DNA of 64,000 nt from Halobacteriovoraceae bacterium (lineage in GTDB: Bacteria; Bdellovibrionota; Bacteriovoracia; Bacteriovoracales; Bacteriovoracaceae). Made by a program: the position numbers and the translations under genes. Of this stretch, positions 46,365 through 55,937 are shown in pieces; position 1 is the first letter of the stretch; each line of letters begins with the position of its first letter. The stretch lies in contig JABGVH010000199.1 in the NCBI GenBank assembly GCA_018646195.1, positions 8,619 through 72,618 on the forward strand. Reading direction: 5' to 3'. Below the pieces are notes generated by a model. That model saw only the letters and a program-made list of their open reading frames with translations, did not search any database and was not told the DNA's origin.

Positions 46365-47744
46365 TTATCTCCCTCCAATATTTAATTTACATTTAATAGC
46401 AGGTCCACCCATGCCAACAGGGATGATCTGTTTTTTTCCACACATCCCGGCATTTCCCCAAGACATTTCATCGCTGACCATATCGACAGTTTTTAGGACA
46501 TCAAAGGCGACTCCTGAAATAGTGGTGTCTTTTATCGCCTTCCCTAGTTTTCCATTTTTAATTTCATATCCAAGAGGCACACCAAACATAAATTCTGAAG
46601 TTGAGTCGGCCTGACCATTACTGGGGCGGAGCATATAATATCCATCTTCTACGGAGGAGATCATTTCTTCTAGTTTTGATTTGCCGGGTAAAATTGCAGT
46701 ATTTCTCATTCTAATTAGTGGCTCATCTGAAAACTGATAGGCCCTGCCATGACCTGTGGCCTTGTGCCCAAAGTGTTTGGCTGACTCTTTATTATGCATA
46801 AAGTTTTTCAAAATCCCTTCTTCAATCAAAACGGTATCTTCAGCTGTCGTTCCCTCGTCATCCATGTAGACGGGAACCGGTAGTGTTTTACCATCGTAAG
46901 AATGGGCAAAATCGACCAGCGTAACGAGAGGTGAAGAAACTTCTTTGCCCAGCATTTCCCTGGCCACCGATCCACCGAGCACAATATCGGCTTCGACGGT
47001 ATGGCCAATAGCTTCATGGGCAAGAATTCCCGCGAGGTCCGAATCGAGTACAACAGTCTTCTCTCCCGCTTTAGCGTGAACCCCCTCGTTCTTTCTTATT
47101 AAATGTTCATGTAATTTATCTATTTCAGAATATAAGGCATCGGGAGTAGTGAAAATATCTTCAAACTGTCCTAACCCACCATAGAAATTATAAAGCTCAC
47201 AAGGACCGTCGTTTCCTTCGACACTCATTCGAATAACAATATTTGAGCGTGGGGTCATCGAATAATTTTCTGAGCCGTAGGATGTGAGGAGCCGTTTTTC
47301 CATATCCAAGTTGGCCAATATTACAGATCGGCTTTGAAGCTTTGGATATTTTTTAAAAATATAATCATCTAAGTCCTTGCAAAAATCGATATATTCTTTT
47401 TGCCCAAGACGAGACTTCTTAGTTGTTAAGTCAAAACTCTGAGTTCCTTTTAGCAGGTCAAAATCAATCTCTTGAGAATTTCCTTTATCTGCCATAAACT
47501 TTGCATTTCGAGCCGCGGACTTTAAAACCGCTTTAACAGATTCTGTGTTCCATTCTGGATTAGATGCAAATCCCCATAATCCTTTTTGGCAGACCCTAGC
47601 TCCAATACCGCTATTTGATGATTTGGTATTACTAGTAACATCTCCGTTTAATAAAGTTATGCGGGTGTCACGATTTTCTTGAACTCGAAGTTCTGTGTAG
47701 CCACTGAAGCTATTTTCAAATTCTTTTAAACTTGTAGGTAACAT
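46365..47744 (-). CDS. tldD: TldD metalloprotease
   Basis: HEAIGHTVEAD (HExxxH-type TldD motif). 459 aa, ending in a conserved Gly-rich C-terminus. Confidence 0.9.
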   Translation of the reverse strand: MLPTSLKEFENSFSGYTELRVQENRDTRITLLNGDVTSNTKSSNSGIGARVCQKGLWGFASNPEWNTESVKAVLKSAARNAKFMADKGNSQEIDFDLLKGTQSFDLTTKKSRLGQKEYIDFCKDLDDYIFKKYPKLQSRSVILANLDMEKRLLTSYGSENYSMTPRSNIVIRMSVEGNDGPCELYNFYGGLGQFEDIFTTPDALYSEIDKLHEHLIRKNEGVHAKAGEKTVVLDSDLAGILAHEAIGHTVEADIVLGGSVAREMLGKEVSSPLVTLVDFAHSYDGKTLPVPVYMDDEGTTAEDTVLIEEGILKNFMHNKESAKHFGHKATGHGRAYQFSDEPLIRMRNTAILPGKSKLEEMISSVEDGYYMLRPSNGQADSTSEFMFGVPLGYEIKNGKLGKAIKDTTISGVAFDVLKTVDMVSDEMSWGNAGMCGKKQIIPVGMGGPAIKCKLNIGGR

Positions 47745-47754
47745 AAAAACATCC

Positions 47755-48861
47755 TTATAGAGATTTCTTTAAAGCATTTAAACAAAGTTCAATATTTTTT
47801 TCGGAGCTACTTTGCCCCATTAATCCTATTCTCCAAATTTTTCCGGCCAATGGCCCAAGGCCGCCACCAATTTCTAGACTAAATTGGCTTAGAAGCTGGT
47901 TGCGAATTTTTAAATCATCAGCAGGATTCGGTATCGATACTGAATTTAATTGAGGAAGACGCTCCCCTTCTGGAACGATGTATTCTAAGCCAAGTTCTTC
48001 TAATCCGGCCCGTAGCTTGAGATGATTAACTTGGTGCCGATCCCATGAATTTTCAAGACCCTCTTCTTTCAGCATTAACAGTGACTCGTGAAGTGCGTAG
48101 AGAGAATTAACTGGCGCGGTGTGATGATAAGAGCGCTTTCCGTCGTCACTCCAATACGCCATAACCAGGCTTAAATCGAGAAACCACGAGCGGCACTTTT
48201 CTTTTCTACTTTTTATTTTTTCGATGGCCTTTTGATTAAATGTAACTGGAGATAAACCTGGAGGTGCGGAAAGGCATTTTTGAGTCCCCGAATAAACGGC
48301 ATCGAGCTGCCATTCATCGACAAGTAAGGGGTTACCTGCAAGTGAGGTAACGGCATCTACAATTGTCAGACAATTGAATTCACGGGAAATTTTTGCCAGA
48401 GTCTCGGCATCGCTAAGGGCACCGGTAGAAGTTTCTGCGTGAACGAAAGCAACGATTTTAGCTTTTGGATTTTTTTCCAACGCCTCTTCTAGCTTTATAG
48501 GGCTAACTGCTCTTCCCCAATCTGATTCAACTAAAATCCCTTTTCCTCCCGCTCTTTCAACATTCTCAAGCATCCGAGCGCCAAACACACCATTTTTACA
48601 AACGATAACTTCATCACCCGGTTCTACTAAATTGAGAAAACAAGCTTCCATCCCAGCTGAGCCAGGTGCAGAGATTGGGAAGGTTAAAGAATTTTTAGTT
48701 TGAAAGGCGTAGCGTAGTAATTCTTTTATTTCATCCATTAACTTGCAGAACTCGGGGTCAAGGTGGCCAATAGTTGGCCTGGCCATGGCCTCGAGAACTC
48801 GTTGGCTAATATCTGATGGACCAGGTCCTAAAAGTGTTCGCTGTGGGGGAATGAAACTCAT
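47755..48861 (-). CDS. Class V aminotransferase (alanine/serine-glyoxylate or ureidoglycine-glyoxylate aminotransferase-like)
   Basis: LLGPGPSDIS start and SGTQKCLSAPPGLSP (PLP-Lys region). 368 aa. Confidence 0.85.
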   Translation of the reverse strand: MSFIPPQRTLLGPGPSDISQRVLEAMARPTIGHLDPEFCKLMDEIKELLRYAFQTKNSLTFPISAPGSAGMEACFLNLVEPGDEVIVCKNGVFGARMLENVERAGGKGILVESDWGRAVSPIKLEEALEKNPKAKIVAFVHAETSTGALSDAETLAKISREFNCLTIVDAVTSLAGNPLLVDEWQLDAVYSGTQKCLSAPPGLSPVTFNQKAIEKIKSRKEKCRSWFLDLSLVMAYWSDDGKRSYHHTAPVNSLYALHESLLMLKEEGLENSWDRHQVNHLKLRAGLEELGLEYIVPEGERLPQLNSVSIPNPADDLKIRNQLLSQFSLEIGGGLGPLAGKIWRIGLMGQSSSEKNIELCLNALKKSL

Positions 48862-50153
48862 AGTTTTCTCCGTCCATGAACTATCTTGACGAAACTTCGA
48901 GTACGGAGTTCGTCCATTTTGAGCCCCGTTGCAAGAACTTCTTTTTCTGTAATAGCACCACTATTGAGGGCCTTTAAGAAGAAATTTAAGAGTCCTTGTC
49001 CGGTGGCGGCATCATCAAATACATCCCCTACTAACGTCGCTTTGGCGGCCTGCTCTATGAAGTTCTTAAGCCTAATTGTTGCTGCATCTAAGCTCTCAAG
49101 AAAGAAGGCGTAGAGCGCTCCGTAACGAACAGGTAATTGCGCTGGATGAAGATCCCAGCCTTGATAAAAAGCATGGCGAAGTGAATGCCGAATATGTTGA
49201 TAGCTTAGGCGCCAGGCAGCGTGGACAGAGTCACTGTCGCCAACTGGCATTACATTTGTTGCGCCATCAGAGAGCCAAAGACCAGTTCCACTAAAAGCAT
49301 TTTTCATCATATGCCTCGCAAAGTCGCAAGCGGGGTGGTCCATTGCTTGGAATTCAGCGGTAATATTATTTGAGGCAGTATAGTCATAGGTTCCAAAGTG
49401 GGCGGCAATACAGCGCCCTTTAGCCGCCTGTAAAAAATTAGGCATTGGGCAAACGCCTTCTGGAGACAATATCGATTGAGTGGTTTCAATCATAAACTCC
49501 ATTTTTAAAGCACCAGACTCTAGTTCTGTTTTTTGTTCCAATAATTCAAATGCATTCACAAGAGCACTTACTTGGGCCACATTTACAATTTTTGGTAAGG
49601 TAACTACGAAATTATCTGGTAGTTTACCACCAGATTGGCGAACCAAAGTAGTAACAAATAAGTCCAGAGTTCTGAAGGCCCTGCCCTGCAATTCCTCTGT
49701 TAAGGTTTTAATTCGGATTCCAATAAAAGGAGGTAATGTCCCTTGTTGCATTCCTTCATAGACATGGTTAGCTGCCTTGACGGCAGTTTCATCTTCTTCT
49801 TGGTCGGGGCGGTTTCCGAAGCCATCTTCAAAATCAATTCGGAAGTCTTCGAGGGCCTCTCTTTCAAGTTTTTCTTTAACACGCGCATAGACGGTGTCGG
49901 CCAGCTCTTCAGAGAAACCCAATGCTTTTTGAAAAGTTCTGGGATTGGGAGCGAATTCTTTAAAGGATTTAATAGCTAATTCGCTAATTTTCCCAGCGGT
50001 GTTAGATTTAAAAAGATGGGCCCCACCATATACAGTATGAACAGGCTGCCTTTTCTCGCTATCTCCAGGAAAAAATTCAAAAGTTCTTCTATTGGCCGTT
50101 GATAAATCATCTAAGGTCCCCTGCATATCTTCTTGAGTTAATGAAACTTTCAT
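48858..50153 (-). CDS. Uncharacterised malate synthase / HpcH-CitE-like (TIM-barrel) protein
   Basis: The ORF track start is 50189. The ATG at 50153 follows GAGGA (about 50161-50165) and sits 1 nt after the uraH stop. The motif FRIDFEDGFG recalls the acidic Mg site of the malate synthase/CitE/HpcH superfamily. This is a low-confidence assignment from memory. Confidence 0.45.
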   Translation of the reverse strand: MKVSLTQEDMQGTLDDLSTANRRTFEFFPGDSEKRQPVHTVYGGAHLFKSNTAGKISELAIKSFKEFAPNPRTFQKALGFSEELADTVYARVKEKLEREALEDFRIDFEDGFGNRPDQEEDETAVKAANHVYEGMQQGTLPPFIGIRIKTLTEELQGRAFRTLDLFVTTLVRQSGGKLPDNFVVTLPKIVNVAQVSALVNAFELLEQKTELESGALKMEFMIETTQSILSPEGVCPMPNFLQAAKGRCIAAHFGTYDYTASNNITAEFQAMDHPACDFARHMMKNAFSGTGLWLSDGATNVMPVGDSDSVHAAWRLSYQHIRHSLRHAFYQGWDLHPAQLPVRYGALYAFFLESLDAATIRLKNFIEQAAKATLVGDVFDDAATGQGLLNFFLKALNSGAITEKEVLATGLKMDELRTRSFVKIVHGRRKL

Positions 50154-50154
50154 T

Positions 50155-50496
50155 TTAACTTCCTCTATAAGTGCTGTATCCAAATCCACTAATTAGAAGT
50201 GGTACATGATAATGTTGAGTAGCGTCCTTGACCTCAAAAACGATATCTGCTGAAGGATAAAAGGTATCTCTTTTCTGAGCGGCAAAATAATTAGCAACTT
50301 TGAAACTGATTCTATAGGTACCGACTGCTATAGCATGTCCTTTTGGTATTAACTCAGGGACTCGACCATCATTATTAGTTTGGCCACCACTTAACTGCGA
50401 CCACTCATTTCCCTTTTTAATTTCAAGTAATACTTCTATACCAATTCCTGGTTTCCCCATCGCCGTATCGAGGACATGGGTTGTAATTCCACTCAT
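50155..50496 (-). CDS. uraH: 5-hydroxyisourate hydrolase (transthyretin-like)
   Basis: 113 aa. ITTHVLDTAMGKPG start and the C-terminal YSTYRGS signature. Confidence 0.9.
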   Translation of the reverse strand: MSGITTHVLDTAMGKPGIGIEVLLEIKKGNEWSQLSGGQTNNDGRVPELIPKGHAIAVGTYRISFKVANYFAAQKRDTFYPSADIVFEVKDATQHYHVPLLISGFGYSTYRGS

Positions 50497-50963
50497 AATT
50501 GTCTCTCCAATCTGATTTTTGTAATTTTTGCCTGCTCTCCTGCGGCAATTTTGATTTCGTCATCGCGACTATTATTCATTCGGTCTTTTAAAAGCGATAG
50601 CATCTCTAACGCTGACTTTCCTGAGGCGCAAACAATAAAAATAAAGCCATAACGCTCGAAATAACGATCATTGTACTCTTTAAGCTCTACTAAAATATCA
50701 TCAGTGGCGCGATCAACTCCCGATTGCTCAGAAGAGGCAATCGACTCTGTTTCTTTAAATTTTTCAGCTAGGCTTGAAACATCTCCAATACGAGGATGCC
50801 CCTCAAATGCCTGTAGCCAATCAGAGGGCTCAAGTTGCCACCATATTTCTTCCTGCTTTATTAAGAATTCAGTGTCACTACAATGCTGTAATTCGACAAA
50901 GACTCTCTCCAGCCATTTTGTCGAAACACAGCAAGTCTGTAGTACTTCCTTTTTAAATTTCAT
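50493..50963 (-). CDS. uraD: OHCU decarboxylase
   Basis: AFEGHPRIG motif. 156 aa, with 4-nt overlaps to both neighbours. Confidence 0.85.
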   Translation of the reverse strand: MKFKKEVLQTCCVSTKWLERVFVELQHCSDTEFLIKQEEIWWQLEPSDWLQAFEGHPRIGDVSSLAEKFKETESIASSEQSGVDRATDDILVELKEYNDRYFERYGFIFIVCASGKSALEMLSLLKDRMNNSRDDEIKIAAGEQAKITKIRLERQL

Positions 50964-51985
50964 TCAATATGGCCATAAGTTCTTAAACGGCTGACACCAC
51001 CGTCGGGAAAAATATTTAATCTTATATGTGTAACTGGTCCTAATTTATTAATCTCTTCAAATTCATGCTCTTTATCGGCCTCTAAGAAGGTTTCAGGAAT
51101 CAAAGTTCCCCAATTAAGATTTGGAGCATCGAGGCCATCATGCTGTTTTTCATCTAGGTTAACGGCTTCGAGAGAAAAGCGGTCGGGGAAATTCCCTTTA
51201 AAGTGAGCAGTATCAAGAACTACTTTTGCTATAGTCCCACGTTTGCCGAGGGCCAAAATAATCCAATCATTACCGGGAGTTCTTTTTCTTTTAGTTTCCC
51301 AACCATCTCCCATATTAACTCCCCTTCCAGGAGCATTTAAATTATCCATATGGGAAAAATACATATCTGAGCATATTAGCGGACGTCCACCGTTTTCAAC
51401 CGACACTAAATCATGCAATTGTGCCTTATCTTTTTTCTTCCAGTCGGTTTTAACTTCACCGTAAATGCGTAGACGGGCGACTCCACCATCTGGGTAGATA
51501 TGAAGACGGACATGACTCCATTCCTGTTTCGAGTCTATCTGGCTTAAGTGTTGTACCCCTGGCCCGAGAGAGATTTTTGGTAAGAGCTCTGTCCAATCCG
51601 TGTCATCGGCTGGCTTTTGCCCTTCTGTTAAGCAACAGGCTTCAAGCGATGCTTGCAGTGGTTGATTGCCCGTAAAGTGATTTGTATCTATATCAACCCC
51701 TTTAATAATTCCTCGCAGTCCTAATTTTAAATCAACATAGTCATGCCCCTCAGTTCGCTTACGTCGAGACTCCCAACCGTCCATCCACTTGCCATGATCG
51801 GTAAACTTATCTTCAATAAAAATCCCACGCCCTGGCTTGATCAAATTTTCTTTTTCAGCAAAGAAGTCATCAGTAGAAAAAAGAACTTTAGTTCCTAGTC
51901 TCTCTTCAGCAAGATTTACCCACTTTGAAGAAAAAGTATCATCGTGGTCCTGAGTAAAAGTCATCAGTTTCGTTTTCTTTGCCAT
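50960..51985 (-). CDS. alc: Allantoicase
   Basis: Two internal repeats with DGWESRRKR and DGWETKRKR, each ending with ...PDGGVARLR / PDGGVSRLR. Confidence 0.9.
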   Translation of the reverse strand: MAKKTKLMTFTQDHDDTFSSKWVNLAEERLGTKVLFSTDDFFAEKENLIKPGRGIFIEDKFTDHGKWMDGWESRRKRTEGHDYVDLKLGLRGIIKGVDIDTNHFTGNQPLQASLEACCLTEGQKPADDTDWTELLPKISLGPGVQHLSQIDSKQEWSHVRLHIYPDGGVARLRIYGEVKTDWKKKDKAQLHDLVSVENGGRPLICSDMYFSHMDNLNAPGRGVNMGDGWETKRKRTPGNDWIILALGKRGTIAKVVLDTAHFKGNFPDRFSLEAVNLDEKQHDGLDAPNLNWGTLIPETFLEADKEHEFEEINKLGPVTHIRLNIFPDGGVSRLRTYGHIE

Positions 51986-53325
51986 TACTTCCTCAGCAAC
52001 TTTTTTCCTGTAGCGACAGGGCCCGTAAATTGCCCCTTCTCTACAATTTTTTCCCCACGAAGATAGGTTGCATAGACGACCCCTTTTAGGCGCCGTCCTT
52101 CGTAGGGAGTTATTTTATTTTTAAATTGAATCATTTCAGCAGTGATAACAAAGTCTTCATTGGGATCCCAGATCACAAAGTCCGCATCATACCCAGCTTG
52201 GATCCGGCCCTTACTATCGCCAAGTCCAATAAATTCTGCAGTCCGTTGGCAGAGAAGTTTTGGTAGCTTGTTGAGATTAACGCCGTGTTGTTCGGCCTCT
52301 GTCCAAACTAGAGGTAGTGAAAATTGTAAGGAAGAGATTCCTCCCCAGGCCTCCCCGAAATCTCCCTGCTCTAGTTTTTTAAGGCCAGCAGTACAGGGGG
52401 AATGGTCTGAAACAATAAAGTCGAGACTGCCATCTTTAATTCCCTGCCAAAGCTTTTCACAATTCTCTTTCTCTCTTATCGGAGGACAACATTTAAAGAG
52501 GGTCTTTCCGTCTTCTATATTTTCACTATGAAAGGTCAGGTAATGGGGGCAAGTTTCTACCGTTAAGGGTAGCCCTTCTGATTTTGCCTCGTTAATTAAC
52601 TCGATTGCATCGGAGCTACTTAGGTGAACGATATGTGTGCGGCAATGGTTTTTCTTGCAAAGCTCTAACATCATTTGAATGGCATTATTTTCCCAAGAGC
52701 GAGGTCTTGAATCTAAGAAACTCTGATATTTTTTATCAATTTTCACATTTCCAGTCTTATCCTCAAGCTCTGCATGAATAAGATAAGGAAGTTGGTGGCG
52801 AGCAACGATGGGCATCGCCCTTTCTAAATCGGCCTTAGTCATTTCAGGAAACTCTGGAATTCCTGAATCAATGGTAAAACTCTTTACCCCAAGTACGCCG
52901 CTACCAAGTAACTCATCCAGAGAATCAATTGAATCCGGAACAACTCCACCCCAAAAGCCAGTATCGACCCAAAGCTTTCCATCAACTTCTCTAAGCTTGG
53001 TTTGAAAATTTTCTACCGTTGTCGTAACGGGTAGGCAATTTAGCGGCATATCGACTACCGTTGTTATACCACCTGCTGCAGCCGCCTTGGTTGCGGTTTC
53101 AAAACCTTCCCAATCTGTCCGCCCTGGTTCGTTAATATGAACATGGGTATCGACGATTCCAGGCATCACATAAAGGTCCGCAACTTGATCGATTTGTCCT
53201 GCATAATTTTCTGGAAGTTTTTCGACAAACTCTACAATTCGGCCTTCCTCGACCAGGATTGCACCCGGACGAAAAGCGTCATCTACATATATATTATTTC
53301 CGACAATGGCCTTCATAGAGCCCAA
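51985..53325 (-). CDS. allB: Allantoinase (cyclic amidohydrolase)
   Basis: Motifs PGIVDTHVHINEPGRTDWEGFETATKAAAAGGITTVVDMPLN and SDHSPC. 446 aa. Confidence 0.88.
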   Translation of the reverse strand: MGSMKAIVGNNIYVDDAFRPGAILVEEGRIVEFVEKLPENYAGQIDQVADLYVMPGIVDTHVHINEPGRTDWEGFETATKAAAAGGITTVVDMPLNCLPVTTTVENFQTKLREVDGKLWVDTGFWGGVVPDSIDSLDELLGSGVLGVKSFTIDSGIPEFPEMTKADLERAMPIVARHQLPYLIHAELEDKTGNVKIDKKYQSFLDSRPRSWENNAIQMMLELCKKNHCRTHIVHLSSSDAIELINEAKSEGLPLTVETCPHYLTFHSENIEDGKTLFKCCPPIREKENCEKLWQGIKDGSLDFIVSDHSPCTAGLKKLEQGDFGEAWGGISSLQFSLPLVWTEAEQHGVNLNKLPKLLCQRTAEFIGLGDSKGRIQAGYDADFVIWDPNEDFVITAEMIQFKNKITPYEGRRLKGVVYATYLRGEKIVEKGQFTGPVATGKKLLRK

Positions 53326-53387
53326 AAGAGTACCACCTGGCCCTCTTCTTAGCTAGTCTAGCGAGGCTTAGCGGTGCGTCTAAGACA

Positions 53388-54605
53388 TTAAGAATCGAGA
53401 TATTTTTTTAAAGAAAGTAAACCGTGTCCAAAGAAGAGCCCGTCCAGCGGCGCCATATGGAGAGGCGCCATATTTAGAAAGATTAGGCCTTTTAATAATT
53501 CAACTTTCTTGGCAGAATACTGGCCTTTTATAAATTGAGCATAGCGTTTTCTCAATGCATCTAGTTGAGGATGGTCTTCAACTTGATACTGAATGCGATT
53601 CTCCTCTAGATGATAGGAAAACTTCCCTTGTTTTATTTTATCAAAGGGGAGACTCATGCCCGCTGCAAGCTTGGCCAGGTCATAATAGAGGTCCCCACCC
53701 TCTAGGAAACCACCAAAATCTTCCCGCCAGTCAATTAAGGTGAAACCTGCTTTAGGATTGTAAATAATATTATCAAACTGAAGGTCACCATGAATGAAGT
53801 AAAAATCCTGAGTATTCAATTCCTTCCAGGGAATTTGATTCAAGATTTCCTCAACCGCGGGAACTTCAATTCCATTTACTACTAGCTTTCCTTCTGGCAG
53901 GCATTTTTTTGCTTTAAATTCGGAGACACGTTTGAGGGTTTTTTCTTGGTAAAAGATTTGGCAAAGTTCCTCTGCTTTTTTCTTTTCAAGAGGAACTTTT
54001 TCCCACAATTGCTCTTGGCAATAGGCTAAAAATTTATCGAAAACCGCTGGAGAAAGGTGATGATAGAGAGTTTCCCCCTGAACAAATTCATAAGAAAGTA
54101 AATTTTCTCCAGTCAGACTGCATAGAGGGAATAATGAAAGTTTTGACTGGGCCTTACGAAATCTATTTTTAGCCCGGGTTGGGTCCTCAAAATATTTAAT
54201 AACTAGATCTTGAAAAAGATAGGTTTTTTCTTCACCTTTTGAAAAAATATAAAACTCATCTTTAATTACAAGCTTTTGGTATTCATTAAAATCATTTATA
54301 TTTTTTCCGGCAAATTGGTTTGCTTTGATTACCCAATACTTGTCCCACTCTTCTTCAGCGATATCAACGAATTCAAAGCAATGCTGTGGGTAGGCCAGAG
54401 GTAAAAATGCTTTAAAAATAGTATCGCAATCACCAGTTACCACAATCTTCTGCGGGGGCAATTGGCCGAGCTGATTATCAACAATTGGTCTACCAGAAAT
54501 TGGCCAAAGACTTGAAGGCAAGTGACCATCGCGGGCCGGCTCATTAATTAATAAAATTTTCTCGGTTCTCTTTCCCATAGTTTTAAATGCATCATACCCT
54601 ATCAC
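53388..54605 (-). CDS. Phosphotransferase (APH/choline-kinase fold) with a degenerate nucleotidyltransferase-like N-terminus
   Basis: Kinase catalytic loop FIHGDLQFDNIIY and LIDWRED. The N-terminal ILLINEPARDGHLPSSLWPISGRPIV looks like a decayed sugar-nucleotidyltransferase motif. Confidence 0.6.
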   Translation of the reverse strand: MIGYDAFKTMGKRTEKILLINEPARDGHLPSSLWPISGRPIVDNQLGQLPPQKIVVTGDCDTIFKAFLPLAYPQHCFEFVDIAEEEWDKYWVIKANQFAGKNINDFNEYQKLVIKDEFYIFSKGEEKTYLFQDLVIKYFEDPTRAKNRFRKAQSKLSLFPLCSLTGENLLSYEFVQGETLYHHLSPAVFDKFLAYCQEQLWEKVPLEKKKAEELCQIFYQEKTLKRVSEFKAKKCLPEGKLVVNGIEVPAVEEILNQIPWKELNTQDFYFIHGDLQFDNIIYNPKAGFTLIDWREDFGGFLEGGDLYYDLAKLAAGMSLPFDKIKQGKFSYHLEENRIQYQVEDHPQLDALRKRYAQFIKGQYSAKKVELLKGLIFLNMAPLHMAPLDGLFFGHGLLSLKKYLDS

Positions 54606-54649
54606 TCGGCCCTGTTGAAGTTATTATTGCCGAGTGTTACCCTATTCCT

Positions 54650-55420
54650 ATGAAAGTTCTGGTGGCGATCCCCTGCTATAATTGTGAAAAACAAATCTCT
54701 CGCGTGCTAGCGGGATTCGACGAGACGCTTCTCTCGCAAATCGAGGAAGTCGTTTGTTTCGACAATGGTAGCAAAGACCAGACTCCCGAGGCGGCACTTC
54801 AGGCGATCCGAGATTATAAGCTGAGCAAGATTAAAGTAGTCGCCAATAATGACAACTATGGTCTTGGAGGCTCTCAAAAATTGGCCTTTTCTTATGCTCG
54901 CCAAAACAAAATGGATTACTTAGTTGTTTTGCATGGAGACAATCAGGCGGTTACTTCCGAACTTAAAAACTTCCTTGAGGCCGCCAGAAAGAAACCCGAA
55001 CTCGATGCGGTATTAGGTTCTCGCTTCATGCCTGGAAGTAAGAGAGAGGGATATTCTACCATTCGAGTCCTTGGAAACAATTTCTTTAATATATTGTACG
55101 GACTCTTTTGGTTTCGCTATTGCTGGGATATGGGCTCAGGGTTAAATATTTTTAAAGTCAGCGCGGTAGAAGAAGAAGATTTAGAGCTTTTTAATAACGG
55201 GTTTACTTTTAACATGGACTTGCTCCTGCACTTATTCTCTTCGAGCAAAAAAATAAAATACCTTCCGATAACCTGGATGGAACACGACCAAGTAAGCAAT
55301 GCTAGAAATTTATCAGTGGGGTTGCAAACTTTAAAAATTCTTTTTAAATGGCGCTTCTTTCCCTTTCTTAAAAAAAGGGAAATTTCAAAGCGGTCATTTA
55401 CAGAATTAGCTAATCTTTAA
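54650..55420 (+). CDS. Family 2 glycosyltransferase
   Basis: MKVLVAIPCYNCEKQISRVL start and DNGSKDQT. The ORF track start at 54587 would overlap the divergent kinase gene, so the ATG at 54650 is preferred. Confidence 0.8.
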   Translation: MKVLVAIPCYNCEKQISRVLAGFDETLLSQIEEVVCFDNGSKDQTPEAALQAIRDYKLSKIKVVANNDNYGLGGSQKLAFSYARQNKMDYLVVLHGDNQAVTSELKNFLEAARKKPELDAVLGSRFMPGSKREGYSTIRVLGNNFFNILYGLFWFRYCWDMGSGLNIFKVSAVEEEDLELFNNGFTFNMDLLLHLFSSSKKIKYLPITWMEHDQVSNARNLSVGLQTLKILFKWRFFPFLKKREISKRSFTELANL

Positions 55421-55937
55421 CGATTCGATCTCGCCACATGCGAATATCTTTTGCCAGATAATCATACTTCATATCATTAACTGTATAGGCAGAAAACTCG
55501 TAATCAGTTGAATGAGTAAGGCAGTGAGTTGGGCAGACTGTTGTACAGAGACCACAGTAACAGCAAAGGGCAGTATCGATAGTGTATTGCTGAAGATCCA
55601 AACGGATAGCAGTTCCATCTTTAGTTTTAATTTTTTCAGCTTCCTTATCTCTTCTTGTCGCCGCTATATAAATACAATCGACAGGACAAGCGGTAGCGCA
55701 TTGATAGCAAGAGATACAGTTTTCGACATCGTTAAATAATCTTGAACGAGAATTTTCGGGAAGTGGTTCTCTCACTTCAGGGTATTCGATCGTGACTGGC
55801 TTTTCAGCATACACGTAACGAATCGTGATACTTAGTCCCTTAAGAACTGTTGTAACTGAGGTCCAAACATTTTTAAACCAGCCGGTAAATGTTAGGGGTT
55901 TATCGTAGCGTTGTAGATTTTCCGTTTTGCTATTCAT
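55410..55937 (-). CDS. nuoI: NADH-quinone oxidoreductase subunit I (2x[4Fe-4S])
   Basis: CISCYQCATACP and CCYCGLCTTVCP ferredoxin motifs. NuoI-type N-terminus. 175 aa. Confidence 0.85.
   Translation of the reverse strand: MNSKTENLQRYDKPLTFTGWFKNVWTSVTTVLKGLSITIRYVYAEKPVTIEYPEVREPLPENSRSRLFNDVENCISCYQCATACPVDCIYIAATRRDKEAEKIKTKDGTAIRLDLQQYTIDTALCCYCGLCTTVCPTHCLTHSTDYEFSAYTVNDMKYDYLAKDIRMWRDRIVKD

Noticed and set aside
52142-52531. A plus-strand 129-aa ORF inside allB, and comparable antisense ORFs at 40699..41061, 5858..6163, 33427..33780, 17608..17886, 49480..49761 and 38711..38983.
   Set aside because: Each is embedded antisense in a well-supported gene. They have low-complexity Ser/Pro/Leu-rich sequence, and I noted no supporting translation signals for them. 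I regard them as non-coding shadows.
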